Below are positions 1-9,091 of a stretch of DNA of 44,318 nucleotides, one piece after another. The first letter of the stretch is position 1; every line of letters begins with the position of its first letter. Below the pieces are notes generated by a model. The model searched no databases, had not been told where the DNA came from, and saw only the letters and a list, made by a program, of their open reading frames with translations. The position numbers and the translations under genes are program-made. The DNA is taken from the NCBI GenBank assembly GCA_035936495.1, contig DASYWB010000112.1, positions 1-44,318 on the forward strand, read 5' to 3'. This DNA is from Thermomicrobiales bacterium. GTDB lineage: Bacteria; Chloroflexota; Chloroflexia; Thermomicrobiales; UBA6265.

Positions 1-38
1 CGACGTGGTCGTCCTCGTCCCCGGCCGACCCGGTTACC

Positions 39-473
39 CTAGGTTACATCCGCGAACGCCCCGACCGTATCCCACTTCGCCATGTCCGTGTCGAGCACTT
101 CAACCAAGGTGACAAACGCGAACGTCAACACGCTGCAGCCCAACTCCAGGTGCCCACCCATCGCCTTCTCGGTGTCCGAGAACGTCAGATGGGCATGGAC
201 GCGGCCACCGAGCACATGGCCCGTGATCGCCAGGATATCGAACGGTCCCTCGCCCTTCATGAAGGCGTTTTCGGGCGGCAAGTCGGTGCTGGACACCACA
301 TGAACATGGTAACTCGTCAGCGACCCCACTCCGCCGAGAAAGGCCCCGTCCCGAATCCCCAGCTCCCTCGCCGCCTGTTGCAGCCCTTCCAGCAAGTCCT
401 CGCCGGGATCAAGCCGCAGGCTCCACATCCGCCCGTATCGGGCAGGCTCCGCGTGCATCAGTTGCTCCCTCAC
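39..473 (-). CDS. PPC/DUF296-domain protein (predicted DNA-binding PCC fold)
   Basis: The 144-aa ORF has motifs GRMWSLRLDPGEDLLEGL, GSLTSYHV, GPFDILAITGHV and HAHLTFSD, typical of bacterial PPC/DUF296 proteins. The track start is GTG at 473, but AGGGAG-N6-ATG favours a start at 458. Confidence 0.7.
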   Translation of the reverse strand: MREQLMHAEPARYGRMWSLRLDPGEDLLEGLQQAARELGIRDGAFLGGVGSLTSYHVHVVSSTDLPPENAFMKGEGPFDILAITGHVLGGRVHAHLTFSDTEKAMGGHLELGCSVLTFAFVTLVEVLDTDMAKWDTVGAFADVT

Positions 474-514
474 ATAAGCGTTCTCGGAACGCTCCGTATC
501 GTCGTCGGCGCACC

Positions 515-1000
515 ATGCCCCACGCTGGTCTCGCCGTCAAGCCCTGGCATGAAGAGCGGCGAATCATGCTATCGCCCTCGTCTACCGTGTCCGCTACGAT
601 GTCGGATCATCACACCTTGCGTGAGATGGATTGGGAGCGGCTCGGTGACGAAGAAGACGAGCGGCCGATTACCCGGCAACGCGTCGGGGCAACGGTGCGC
701 GAAGAGAGCGGGGTGACGTTGGAAACGCTCGCTGGCCAGACCGGCATCTCGGCATCACACACGTCGCGCATGGAGCGTGGCCTCACTATGCCAAGCGACG
801 ACGCGCTTGCCCGAATCGCCACGGCTCTTGGGAGCGCCCTCCCGACCCTCGCGGCGGAAGAGGCAACAACGAAGGCGGTCGATGCGAATCTCGACGCCAT
901 CCTTACCAGGTTTGGCGTGTCCGAGGACGCGCGGGTGGACCTGCTGCGGCAGACACCGATCACACGGGCCGAGCCGGCCACCGTACTCGACCGGGACTAG
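515..1000 (+). CDS. XRE-family helix-turn-helix transcriptional regulator
   Basis: The HTH core reads RVGATVREESGVTLETLAGQTGISASHTSRMERGLTMPSDDALARIATAL. It is divergent from the PPC gene. The start is uncertain: in-frame ATGs at 515, 566 and 599 all lack a clear SD. Confidence 0.7.
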   Translation: MPHAGLAVKPWHEERRIMLSPSSTVSATMSDHHTLREMDWERLGDEEDERPITRQRVGATVREESGVTLETLAGQTGISASHTSRMERGLTMPSDDALARIATALGSALPTLAAEEATTKAVDANLDAILTRFGVSEDARVDLLRQTPITRAEPATVLDRD

Positions 1001-1277
1001 GGAGTCTATGTACAAGGCACAGCCGAAACCGCTGATCCTGCACTGCACGGCGGATGCCCTAGCGGTCGCAGCAGACTAGCCCACCACACTGAAGCCACGA
1101 GCACGGCGCTGGGAACATCCTCCTGGCGCCGTTCGCTATGTGGTGCGATAAAATATTTTAAGCCCACCCCGCTTCCTAATTCTGAGCTACCATCATACGG
1201 TCCATCCTCGTAATGCTAAAGGGGGAACGTAAATCGTCCTACTTGCCGGCCATCGCCGATTGGAACGTGGAGGAACC

Positions 1278-1433
1278 ATGGCGTCCGAAGCCGCCAACGC
1301 ACCGGCCCGCGCAATAGCGCAAAGACAGCGCGGCCCGGGGACTGGGTGTGACGCGCCGACCTTCTTCGTCAAGACCATGGAGGAGCAGATCGGCCGCCTG
1401 CTCGACCGGGTGGCGATGCCGATTGAGCGTTGA
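1278..1433 (+). CDS. small hypothetical protein (51 aa)
   Basis: GGAGG-N4-ATG at 1278 with TGA at 1431-1433. About 80 percent of third codon positions are G or C, like the neighbouring genes. It lies downstream of an AT-rich patch (gataaaatattttaag, about 1148-1165). It is below the ORF-track size cutoff and has no recognisable family. Confidence 0.3.
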   Translation: MASEAANAPARAIAQRQRGPGTGCDAPTFFVKTMEEQIGRLLDRVAMPIER

Positions 1434-1547
1434 TTGGCAACGGCGAGCCGTGGACTGCCAGGACAGTCGCGGAGGAGGGGTGCGGTCAGCCCGACCAGAG
1501 GACACCGGGCGCGGCGAACCTGCGGTGCTTGGCCGCGGCGGTAAGCT

Positions 1548-2306
1548 ATGATGGTCTGCGAGTATGGACAGGACCTGGCGACTTCGCGAGGTGGTTGGGA
1601 TCGTGGAGACGGCGTGAAGGGGACGAGGAATAACCCGGCGGTGAGAAGTTCCGCTCCTCCGACGACCGTCTGGCTGGTCCGTCACGCCGAGGCGAACAAT
1701 CCGAACCAGGTTCTTTACGGCCGGCTCCCCAGGTTTCATCTGAGTGAGCGAGGTCGCGAGCAGGCTGAGAGCGTCGCCGCGTTCTTCGCGGACCGGCCGG
1801 TGGCGGCCATCTACACGAGCCCACTGCTCCGGGCCCGGCAGACGGGGCGTGTCATCGCCCAGCACCACCCGGAAGCAACGATGCATCGTTCGCTGCTCCT
1901 CCACGAAGTCGGGAGCGCCTGGCAGGGGAGCGAGTTCGCCTCGCTGAAGCCGGGGTTCAGCACGTACGAGGACCGGCGGGAGCCGGACGACGAGTCGATT
2001 GAGGATATCCAGCGGCGGATGATCGCGTTCGTGGAACGGGTGCGCCGCCGCCACCCAGGGCAAGCCGTCGTCGCCGTTAGTCACGGCGATCCCATCACGA
2101 TCCTGCGACTCGCCCTCAGCGGCCGGCCCGTTACCCATGCTGCCATGCGGGGGCCGGACTACGCTGGCCTCTGTTCCGTCACCGAGGTCACCTTCCCGCC
2201 GGGCGGCGAGCCTCAGGTGTCCTATCTGACTGTCCCGGGGCTCGCCGATCCATCGGGTGGGTCGACCGAGGGGAAACTGCAGGCGGCCGATGAGGAGACG
2301 ACCTGA
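1548..2306 (+). CDS. histidine phosphatase family protein (phosphoglycerate-mutase-like)
   Basis: It carries the RHG-type motif VWLVRHAEANN, then LSERGREQA, IYTSPLLRARQT and the second catalytic His in AVSHGDPI. The likely true start is GTG at 1641 (GAGGAA about 10 nt upstream). Confidence 0.8.
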   Translation: MMVCEYGQDLATSRGGWDRGDGVKGTRNNPAVRSSAPPTTVWLVRHAEANNPNQVLYGRLPRFHLSERGREQAESVAAFFADRPVAAIYTSPLLRARQTGRVIAQHHPEATMHRSLLLHEVGSAWQGSEFASLKPGFSTYEDRREPDDESIEDIQRRMIAFVERVRRRHPGQAVVAVSHGDPITILRLALSGRPVTHAAMRGPDYAGLCSVTEVTFPPGGEPQVSYLTVPGLADPSGGSTEGKLQAADEETT

Positions 2307-2387
2307 TCCACCAGCGAGGGATTGCGGGTACGTCTACAACCATGTTCGACATCGTCGAGGGTAAGACGCCGCGGTTATAGCTGGTGG

Positions 2388-2759
2388 TTATGGGTTGCGG
2401 CGGCGAAGGATCTCGATGGCGGAACCGATGAGAACGCCACCGTCGAGGCGGACGTTGGGCTTGGTGACCCGAACTCGGACGGCTTCGACCGGCGGATGGC
2501 TCTCAAGGACTGCCGAGGCAATCCGCTCCGCCACGGCCTCGGTCAAGCTGAGGGGCGGACCCTCGACGACGCGGCGGACCTGACGGTAGACGTCGCTGTA
2601 GTCGATTGTCCGGGCGAGGTCATCGCTGAGGCCAGCGGCGCGAAGGTCACAGTGTAGCTCCACGTCCACGACGAAGCGCTGCCCGAGCTCGCGCTCGGCC
2701 GCGATGGTCCCATGGTGACCAAAGAAGAGCATGCCTTCCAGCACAATCCTGTCGTCCAT
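2388..2759 (-). CDS. folB: 7,8-dihydroneopterin aldolase
   Basis: The 123-aa product from ATG 2757-2759 reads MDDRIVLEGMLFFGHHGTIAAERELGQRFVVDVEL...TIDYSDVY, a classic FolB tunnel-fold signature. The longer 208-aa track ORF has a junk-like N-terminus. Confidence 0.85.
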   Translation of the reverse strand: MDDRIVLEGMLFFGHHGTIAAERELGQRFVVDVELHCDLRAAGLSDDLARTIDYSDVYRQVRRVVEGPPLSLTEAVAERIASAVLESHPPVEAVRVRVTKPNVRLDGGVLIGSAIEILRRRNP

Positions 2760-2846
2760 TGTCCGCCGCCACTCCGCTCTCGAAACCACCGTCCGGGAGG
2801 CCGGAGTATAACCCGGGCCTCGCCCGGCTAGTACTATAATCGCTCC
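2760..2846. promoter_or_regulatory. divergent promoter region between folB and the reductase gene
   Basis: A perfect TATAAT sits at 2835-2840, 6 nt before the ATG at 2847 and with no SD in between, which suggests a leaderless transcript. On the opposite strand, TATACT (2805-2810) lies about 45 nt upstream of the folB ATG. Confidence 0.4.
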
Positions 2847-3563
2847 ATGGATGGTGAGGTCTTCGCCCCCGGTTCCTCCGGAGGACCGCGGCCGCTCGTG
2901 ACGGTCAGCTATGCCCAAACGCTCGACGGGCGACTCGCGACCCGGACGGGAAGCTCGCGGTGGATCAGTGGGGCGGAGTCGCTCCGATTCGCCCATGAGT
3001 TGCGCGCGAGCCACGATGCGATCATGGTCGGCGCTGGTACGGTCTGCCTGGATGATCCGCGCCTAACCGTCCGCCTCGCGCAGGGGCGTGATCCGCTCCG
3101 GGTCATCGTGGACAGCACGCTGCGCATCCCGCTGACGGCAGCGGTTCTCGCCTCGGGTGCTGCCCAGGGAACGGTGCTGGTCGTGACGGAGCGAGCCCCG
3201 GCTGAGCGCCGGGCCGAAGCGATGGCGCTGGGGGCGACCGTCCTGCCCGTTCCGGTCGACGCTCAGGGCCGCGTCTCTCTCCCCACGGCGCTTGCGATGC
3301 TCGGCGAACGGGGGGTGCGCTCGGTGATGGTGGAAGGGGGAGCGCGACTGATCACCTCCCTCCTGCGCGATCGTTTGGTCGATCGCCTCGCGATCTGCAC
3401 GGCTCCGCTGATCCTGGGCACTGGGATCGACGCGGTCGGCGACCTGGGGATCATCGATCTCGGCCGGGCGCTGCGACTGGATCAGGCGCGGGCGACGCCA
3501 TACGGCGAGGATCTGATCATCCAGGGACGGGTGGTCTACCCGGAGGCCGGCGATGGCAACTGA
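2847..3563 (+). CDS. RibD C-terminal-type diaminohydroxyphosphoribosylaminopyrimidine / 5-amino-6-(5-phosphoribosylamino)uracil reductase (reductase domain only)
   Basis: The motifs VTVSYAQTLDGRLATRTGSSRWISGAESLRFAHELRASHDAIMVGAGTVCLDDPRLTVR and VMVEGGARL match the RibD_C/Rib7 reductase pattern. No deaminase domain is present. Confidence 0.8.
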   Translation: MDGEVFAPGSSGGPRPLVTVSYAQTLDGRLATRTGSSRWISGAESLRFAHELRASHDAIMVGAGTVCLDDPRLTVRLAQGRDPLRVIVDSTLRIPLTAAVLASGAAQGTVLVVTERAPAERRAEAMALGATVLPVPVDAQGRVSLPTALAMLGERGVRSVMVEGGARLITSLLRDRLVDRLAICTAPLILGTGIDAVGDLGIIDLGRALRLDQARATPYGEDLIIQGRVVYPEAGDGN

Positions 3564-4602
3564 GCGGGCGCCGATCGAGGCGACGGCACTCTGGCTCACC
3601 GCCCCGCGTACGGTGGAGTTCCGGCGAGAAGTCGTCCAGCCCCCAGGCCCGGGCGAGGCCCGGGTCCGCACGATTGCGTCGGCCATCAGCCAGGGGACCG
3701 AGTTGCTCGCCTATCGCGGCGAGGTTCCGCATGACCTGCCGCTCGATTTGCCCACACTGGCCGGCAGCTTCGCGTTTCCGATCAAGTATGGCTACGCGTC
3801 CGTCGGTCGCGTCCTCGACGTCGGTGCCGGCGTTGAGTCGTGCACCGAGGGCGATCTCGTCTTCGCTCTCTACCCGCACCAGACCGCCTACGTCGTCCCC
3901 GCGCCCATGGCAGTTCGCCTGCCTCCCGACCTCGACCCGCTCCTCGGCGTCTTCACCGCCAATCTGGAGACGGCTGTCAACGTGCTCCTCGATATGCCGT
4001 TGCGGCTGGGGGAAACCGTGGTCGTCTTCGGCCAGGGAACCGTTGGGCTTCTGATATGCCAGTTGCTGAGGCGAGCGGGCGCGGGATACGTGATGGCGGT
4101 TGACCCCCTTTCCGCACGGCGGGCGTTGGCGCGACGGATCGGCGCGGACGAGGCCACCGCGCCCGGTGAAGATCTCGTCGATCGCGTCCGAGCGTTGACG
4201 AGGGGGCGCGGTGCCGATGTCGCGATCGAGGCGAGTGGGAATCCGGCGGCTCTCCAAGCCGCGTTGGACGTGGTCGCCACCGAGGGGACCGTCGTCGGCG
4301 TGTCGTGGTACGGAACCAAGCCGGTGCCGCTCGTGCTCGGAGGGCACTTCCATCGCGGCCGGGTCCGGCTCCGTTCGTCTCAGGTGGGGCGAATCAACCC
4401 CGCGCTGGCTCCCCGCTGGGATCACGTGCGGCGTCAGGAACTCGTGACTGAACTCCTGCCGCAGCTGCACCTCGCGGACCTCATCACGCGCCGGGTGCCC
4501 TTCCATGAGGCGCCGGACGCCTTCCGGCTCATCGATGAGCGCCCAGCGGAAACGGTGCAGACCGTCCTGACCTACCACGGTGGAGGACTCGAGGATCATT
4601 GA
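3553..4602 (+). CDS. medium-chain dehydrogenase/reductase (alcohol dehydrogenase-like, zinc ligands not evident)
   Basis: It has a GroES-like N-domain and the Rossmann motif VVVFGQGTVGLLICQLL. The canonical GHE and Cys zinc ligands are replaced (ISQGTE, GYASVG). Its start overlaps the reductase stop by 11 nt. Confidence 0.75.
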   Translation: MATERAPIEATALWLTAPRTVEFRREVVQPPGPGEARVRTIASAISQGTELLAYRGEVPHDLPLDLPTLAGSFAFPIKYGYASVGRVLDVGAGVESCTEGDLVFALYPHQTAYVVPAPMAVRLPPDLDPLLGVFTANLETAVNVLLDMPLRLGETVVVFGQGTVGLLICQLLRRAGAGYVMAVDPLSARRALARRIGADEATAPGEDLVDRVRALTRGRGADVAIEASGNPAALQAALDVVATEGTVVGVSWYGTKPVPLVLGGHFHRGRVRLRSSQVGRINPALAPRWDHVRRQELVTELLPQLHLADLITRRVPFHEAPDAFRLIDERPAETVQTVLTYHGGGLEDH

Positions 4603-4642
4603 TCGTCGTTCGGATCGTATGTGGAAGGAGCACTGAGGACCG

Positions 4643-5044
4643 GTGCTGAAAGCTGGGGGCAAGGTGTACGAAATTGGGGTGGTAGCACAATTCGAGGCGG
4701 CGCACCGGCTCATCGGTGATTTCGGGCCGGCCACGCGCACGCACGGCCACACCTATCGGCTTGAGGTCATGCTGCGCGGGGAGTACCTGCGAGACGACTC
4801 CACCCTCTACGACCTGGCACAGCTCCGGGCCGACGTCGACGCTCTCGCTGCCACGCTGCACTACCGGGATCTCGCCGAGGTGCCGGGGCTCGAGGGAGTG
4901 AACACGACGGCCGAGGCCGTGGCCGGCTACTGCTGGGAGGCATTGGCGCCGAGTCTCCGCGGCCACGGCCTCATGTCGCTCGTGGTCCGCGTCTGGGAGT
5001 CGCCCCAGGCCTACGCGGCACGCGAGGACGTTCTAGGCTCCTAG
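4643..5044 (+). CDS. 6-pyruvoyl-tetrahydropterin synthase / QueD family (COG0720) protein
   Basis: FEAAHRL and THGHTYRLEV supply the three zinc-binding histidines of the PTPS T-fold. The product is 133 aa with a GTG start. Confidence 0.85.
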   Translation: MLKAGGKVYEIGVVAQFEAAHRLIGDFGPATRTHGHTYRLEVMLRGEYLRDDSTLYDLAQLRADVDALAATLHYRDLAEVPGLEGVNTTAEAVAGYCWEALAPSLRGHGLMSLVVRVWESPQAYAAREDVLGS

Positions 5045-5069
5045 CTGCGCCCACGTGGATCATCCAATT

Positions 5070-5864
5070 TCAGATCCGCTCGGCGACGATTGCGAGCTTG
5101 CGAACGCGGCTCGTCGAGAGCCATCCGGCCCACGTCGCGTGGGCGCTCAGCGCTTGGCGCCATGCCGCTTCCCCTATATCGGCGGCGATGCTGCTCCGTT
5201 CTCTCTGAAGTGCCGTGACGAGGCGGCGGGCGACCTCGGCGTGCACTGGGGTGCGGTCCTTCAGCGAGTGCGTGCTAAAGCCAGAGGTGGCGAGGAGTGC
5301 CAGGAAGTCAGCCTCGGGGATCAGCCAGACCGGCTCTTCGCCGAAGATGTCGCCAACCTCCTCACCGCTCATCGGCTGACCTGCCTCCAGTGTGAGGGCG
5401 AACCGGCCGCGAGATCCGAGGATCCCTGCCACGGCAGCGAGCAGATCCGCTTTGTCGGGGATGGAAAGCATCGTCTCGAGTAGGAGCACCGCATCGAGTT
5501 CCGTTGCGAACGGTGGCCGCGCGGCGTCGCCCACGACGAAGGATGCGTGGTCGGCAAGATTCCGCCGGTTCGCCTCGGACCGGGCCACATGGATCACTTC
5601 CGGCAAGCGGTCGACGCCCACGATCTGGCAGCCCAAGGTCTCCGCGAGGAAGAGGGCTGGACCGGCTGTACCGCAGCACAGATCCGCGACCCGCGAAGCG
5701 GCGCCGATGTTGGCGGCGCTCGCCAGGGCGAGTATCTCCGCGGTGGGCATGAAGCTCTCTTGGCCCACGAATGTCTCACCGAAGGCCGCGAGACGGGCAG
5801 GGTAGAGTGCGGCGTTCCACTCGGCACGGGTCACCGTCCTTAGCGCCAAGAGATCCTCCTTCAC
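5070..5864 (-). CDS. class I SAM-dependent methyltransferase
   Basis: SAM motif I reads VADLCCGTAGPALFLAE, with post-I IVGVD and FDAVLLLE-type motifs. The start is either GTG at 5864 or TTG at 5849, which follows AAGGAGGA. Confidence 0.75.
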   Translation of the reverse strand: MKEDLLALRTVTRAEWNAALYPARLAAFGETFVGQESFMPTAEILALASAANIGAASRVADLCCGTAGPALFLAETLGCQIVGVDRLPEVIHVARSEANRRNLADHASFVVGDAARPPFATELDAVLLLETMLSIPDKADLLAAVAGILGSRGRFALTLEAGQPMSGEEVGDIFGEEPVWLIPEADFLALLATSGFSTHSLKDRTPVHAEVARRLVTALQRERSSIAADIGEAAWRQALSAHATWAGWLSTSRVRKLAIVAERI

Positions 5865-5968
5865 CGCCCGCTGACACGGTCGCCCGACGCGGGTCCGACG
5901 ACAACCGGCACGTCCCTTGCAGGGCTATCGCACGGACGATACCGTTTTTGCCCGTCGTTGCGGCATCG

Positions 5969-6811
5969 ATGTCTGGAGTAATGCCAATGCACGCCACGTG
6001 CTCAGCCGAGTGGGGAGCGCCGTCCGGGGCTGGGAGGCGAGTGCCGCACCCATGGCTCGCGGCTGATCTCGCCCGCCTGTACGACGTGTTCCCGTTCGAC
6101 GCGGACGTACCCTATTACCTTAGCCTTGCCGGCGAGCAGAGAGGACCGGTGCTGGAAGTAGCGAGCGGCAGCGGGCGTGTGCTGTTGCCCCTTGCTAGGT
6201 CCGGTCATCGCCTGACTGGCCTCGACGCCTCCCCGGCGATGCTGGCATTGGCTCGCGAGAAGCTGCAGGCGGCAGGACCGGAAGTGATGGATCGTGCCAC
6301 CCTGATTGAGGCCGACATGCGTTCCTTCGCTCTTGGCGAGACGTTCGGACTGGCGATTATCGCCGCCAAGAGTTTCGCGTATCTGCTCACCCCGGCCGAG
6401 CAGCTCCAGGCGCTCCGGACGATCGCCAGCCACCTCCAACCGGGCGGCCTGCTCGCTCTCGACCTGCATCATCCGCGCCCTGCATGGTTGCTCGAACCGC
6501 CGGGCAGCCTCCGCCAGGATCTCGCCCAGGATGTACCCGAACAGGGCGTGACGGTGCTGCGCACGGAGACGGCGGTCAGTACCGACCTTGCGAACCAAAT
6601 CCGCGTCATCCGTTCCGTCTACGAGATCGTCGCGGCCGACGGCAGCGTGACGAAGCGGTTCGTTGAGTGGCCCTATCGTTACATCTATCGTTTTGAGGCG
6701 GAGCATCTGCTGGAACGCGCTGGATTGACGGTCGAGGCGCTCTACGGCGGGTACGAGCACGAGCCGTTCACCTCCGATTCGCCGATGATGCTGCTCCTGG
6801 CGCGCCGCTGA
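5969..6811 (+). CDS. class I SAM-dependent methyltransferase
   Basis: Motif I is VLEVASGSGRVLLPLARSG, followed by LTGLDASPAML and LQPGGLLAL. The track ORF begins at 5771 but its first 66 codons overlap the divergent gene and look non-coding. Candidate ATGs are at 5969, 5981 and 5987. Confidence 0.75.
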   Translation: MSGVMPMHATCSAEWGAPSGAGRRVPHPWLAADLARLYDVFPFDADVPYYLSLAGEQRGPVLEVASGSGRVLLPLARSGHRLTGLDASPAMLALAREKLQAAGPEVMDRATLIEADMRSFALGETFGLAIIAAKSFAYLLTPAEQLQALRTIASHLQPGGLLALDLHHPRPAWLLEPPGSLRQDLAQDVPEQGVTVLRTETAVSTDLANQIRVIRSVYEIVAADGSVTKRFVEWPYRYIYRFEAEHLLERAGLTVEALYGGYEHEPFTSDSPMMLLLARR

Positions 6812-6875
6812 GTCCCTCTGCCACTCCCTATGACCGTATTTGGCGGCCTTGCCGACGACCGGGGATGAAGGGTGG

Positions 6876-7949
6876 TCACTCCGTCAGGGCTTCCCGGACC
6901 GCGGCGAAGAAGAGGGCCGCTGTCTGCTCCCAGGTGGGCCGGGCGAGAGCGCGGACGCGTGCTGCTTCGCCTAGGCGGTGTCGTAGATGCTCATCCTCGG
7001 CGAGGAGCGCCAGGGAGCCTGCCAAGGCCTGAATATCACCGGGCGGCAAGACAAACCCTTCCTGGCCATCCTCGGCGAGATATGGCAAGTTCCCGGCGCA
7101 CCAACCGACGACAGGCAGGCCCGCCGCCATCGCCTCACCGTAGACCGTGCCGTACGGCTCCTTCAGGCTCGGCAGGACGAAGGAGTCTGCCGCGGCATAG
7201 AGAGCGGCGACGGCCCCGATCGAGACCGGTCCATGGACGACGACACGTCCGCTGAGATCAGGCTGGGCCAGCCGCCGTCGCAGCCGGGCGGCGTAGGGTG
7301 GATCGGCGCGGTCGTCGCCGACGAGATGCAAGGTTGCCATATCGGGGGGGAGGCGGGAGAAGGCGTCGAGCAGGTCGTGGATCCCCTTCCGCTCAACCCA
7401 GTTGCCGACACAGAGGAAGGCCGCTTGACGGCCACACCGGAGGTCACCCGGCCATGGGCCAGGGGCGGGGGCGACGTCGCGGCCTGGCGGCACGACGCGC
7501 AGCCGTTCCCGTGGTGTACCATCCCGCACCAATTGGTCGGCGAGCGCATCGCTGGCGACCATGAGGAGGCGGGCGCGCCGGTAGGCCAGCTGATCCAGGG
7601 ACGCTTGCACCGCGGCGCGGATCGGACCGTGGTCAATGCCTCCAGGGGGCTGGTGTAGCATCCCGATCAGCGGGACGGCAGGCGAACGCACCAGGGTCCA
7701 AGGTCCGACGTATGCGGCCGCGATACTGTCGAGGATGAATGCGCCGGCGTCAGCCGCCATCGCTTCGCGAAGCACGCGGGGCGCGGCGAGCGCTGGGAGC
7801 GGGAACAGGGATTCGGGAAATGAGACGAAGGTGATGTGAGCGCCATGGTGCGGGGCAAGGTCGGCGATGCGCCGGTGGTAGAGGTAGCCGCCGGTCAGCC
7901 GGCCCGGATCGCCGAGGGTGAGCAAGGCAATTTTTAGGATGCGGGTCAT
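6876..7949 (-). CDS. GT4-family (group 1) glycosyltransferase
   Basis: The N-terminus MTRILKIALLTLGDPGRLTGGY and the C-terminal E-x7-E region (PSLKEPYGTVYGEAMAAGLPVV) are typical of GT-B GT4 enzymes. Confidence 0.8.
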   Translation of the reverse strand: MTRILKIALLTLGDPGRLTGGYLYHRRIADLAPHHGAHITFVSFPESLFPLPALAAPRVLREAMAADAGAFILDSIAAAYVGPWTLVRSPAVPLIGMLHQPPGGIDHGPIRAAVQASLDQLAYRRARLLMVASDALADQLVRDGTPRERLRVVPPGRDVAPAPGPWPGDLRCGRQAAFLCVGNWVERKGIHDLLDAFSRLPPDMATLHLVGDDRADPPYAARLRRRLAQPDLSGRVVVHGPVSIGAVAALYAAADSFVLPSLKEPYGTVYGEAMAAGLPVVGWCAGNLPYLAEDGQEGFVLPPGDIQALAGSLALLAEDEHLRHRLGEAARVRALARPTWEQTAALFFAAVREALTE

Positions 7950-9045
7950 TCACGTCGCTCCCACGCCGTTCGGGATATCCGGGTTATTGGGCGGCGGCGA
8001 GCGCTTTCCGCTCGAACTCTCGCGTGCCCTGGCGCGCCACGTGGCCTGCCAGTTGGTGACGTTCGGACCCGAGTCCCGCGTGGAACGCGAGGCGAGCGGG
8101 CTGACGATCCAGACCCTGCGCTACCGAGTACTCCTCCACGGGCACCCGGCGCATCCCGTCGCCCCCGGGTTGCTAGCCGTTCTTCGTCACGCGGATATCG
8201 TCCACACACATCATATGCGGAGCACACCGAGTCGCCTAGCGGCACTTGGTGGGCGTGCGCTCCAGAAGCGACTGGCGGTGACTGATCATGGACTGCAGGG
8301 CGGGGATTGGTTCGGCGTGTTGCCGCGTCTGTTCGATCGTTTCCTGATGGTCTCGGCATACTCAGCACGTGAGCTGCACGCTCCTCCCGGGCGTAGCCGG
8401 GTCATCTATGGGGGAGCCGATCCCAATCGGTACAAGCCAGATCCCGCCGGTCGCCGCGAGGGTGTGCTATTCGTGGGGCGCCTGACCCCGCACAAAGGCG
8501 TCGATCGCCTGATCGACGCGCTCCCCCTCAATGCCCGGCTCCTCGTGGCTGGCTCGGCCGGTCACGATCCATTGCCGCCGGAGAGCGAGTATCCTGCCCT
8601 GCTTCGCCGGCTAGCAACCGGGCGCGACGTGACGTTCCTCGGGCCGGTCTCAGATGACAACTTGCCGGCACTGTACCGACAGGCAGCCGTCTTCGTCCTG
8701 CCGTCCGTGGAGCGGACATGCTACGGGCGGGATATTCGTGTCTCTGAGCTGTTGGGACTGGTGGTCATCGAGGCGATGGCGAGCGGAACTCCTGTGATCT
8801 GCAGCCGATTGGGTGGACTGCCGGAGATCGTCGAGGACGGCGTGACGGGGTTTCTGGTCGAGCCGGGCAACGTCGAGGAGTTGCGCGAGCGCCTGGACGA
8901 GATGCTACGCAACCCGGTGCTGGCTCAACAGATGGGCCGCCGTGCCCGCGAGTCGGTGGTGGAGCGGTTTACGTGGGACGCGTGTGCGCGGCGATGCCTG
9001 GCCGCGTACCAGGAGATGTGGGTTGCGGGTGATGAGGCTCTCTGA
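7939..9045 (+). CDS. GT4-family (group 1) glycosyltransferase
   Basis: The N-terminus MRVIHVAPTPFG and the region PSVERTCYGRDIRVSELLGLVVIEAMASGTPVICSRLGGLPEIVEDGVTGFLV are GT4-like. The ATG at 7939 is preferred over the track start at 7918. Confidence 0.8.
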   Translation: MRVIHVAPTPFGISGLLGGGERFPLELSRALARHVACQLVTFGPESRVEREASGLTIQTLRYRVLLHGHPAHPVAPGLLAVLRHADIVHTHHMRSTPSRLAALGGRALQKRLAVTDHGLQGGDWFGVLPRLFDRFLMVSAYSARELHAPPGRSRVIYGGADPNRYKPDPAGRREGVLFVGRLTPHKGVDRLIDALPLNARLLVAGSAGHDPLPPESEYPALLRRLATGRDVTFLGPVSDDNLPALYRQAAVFVLPSVERTCYGRDIRVSELLGLVVIEAMASGTPVICSRLGGLPEIVEDGVTGFLVEPGNVEELRERLDEMLRNPVLAQQMGRRARESVVERFTWDACARRCLAAYQEMWVAGDEAL

Positions 9046-9091
9046 TTGGGAGCCTGGCCGAGAGTAGCCGCCCACGGCCCGTCGTTCCCAG

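Noticed and set aside
3517-4752. 411-aa minus-strand ORF spanning the MDR dehydrogenase gene
   Set aside because: It lies antisense to a gene with clear family motifs. Its translation is Arg/Pro/Gly/His-rich with no recognisable domain, which is the typical high-GC shadow ORF.
5771-5968. N-terminal 66 codons of the 346-aa methyltransferase ORF
   Set aside because: This part overlaps the start of the divergent methyltransferase gene and is Arg/Pro-rich. The conserved methyltransferase fold begins after the ATG cluster at 5969-5987.
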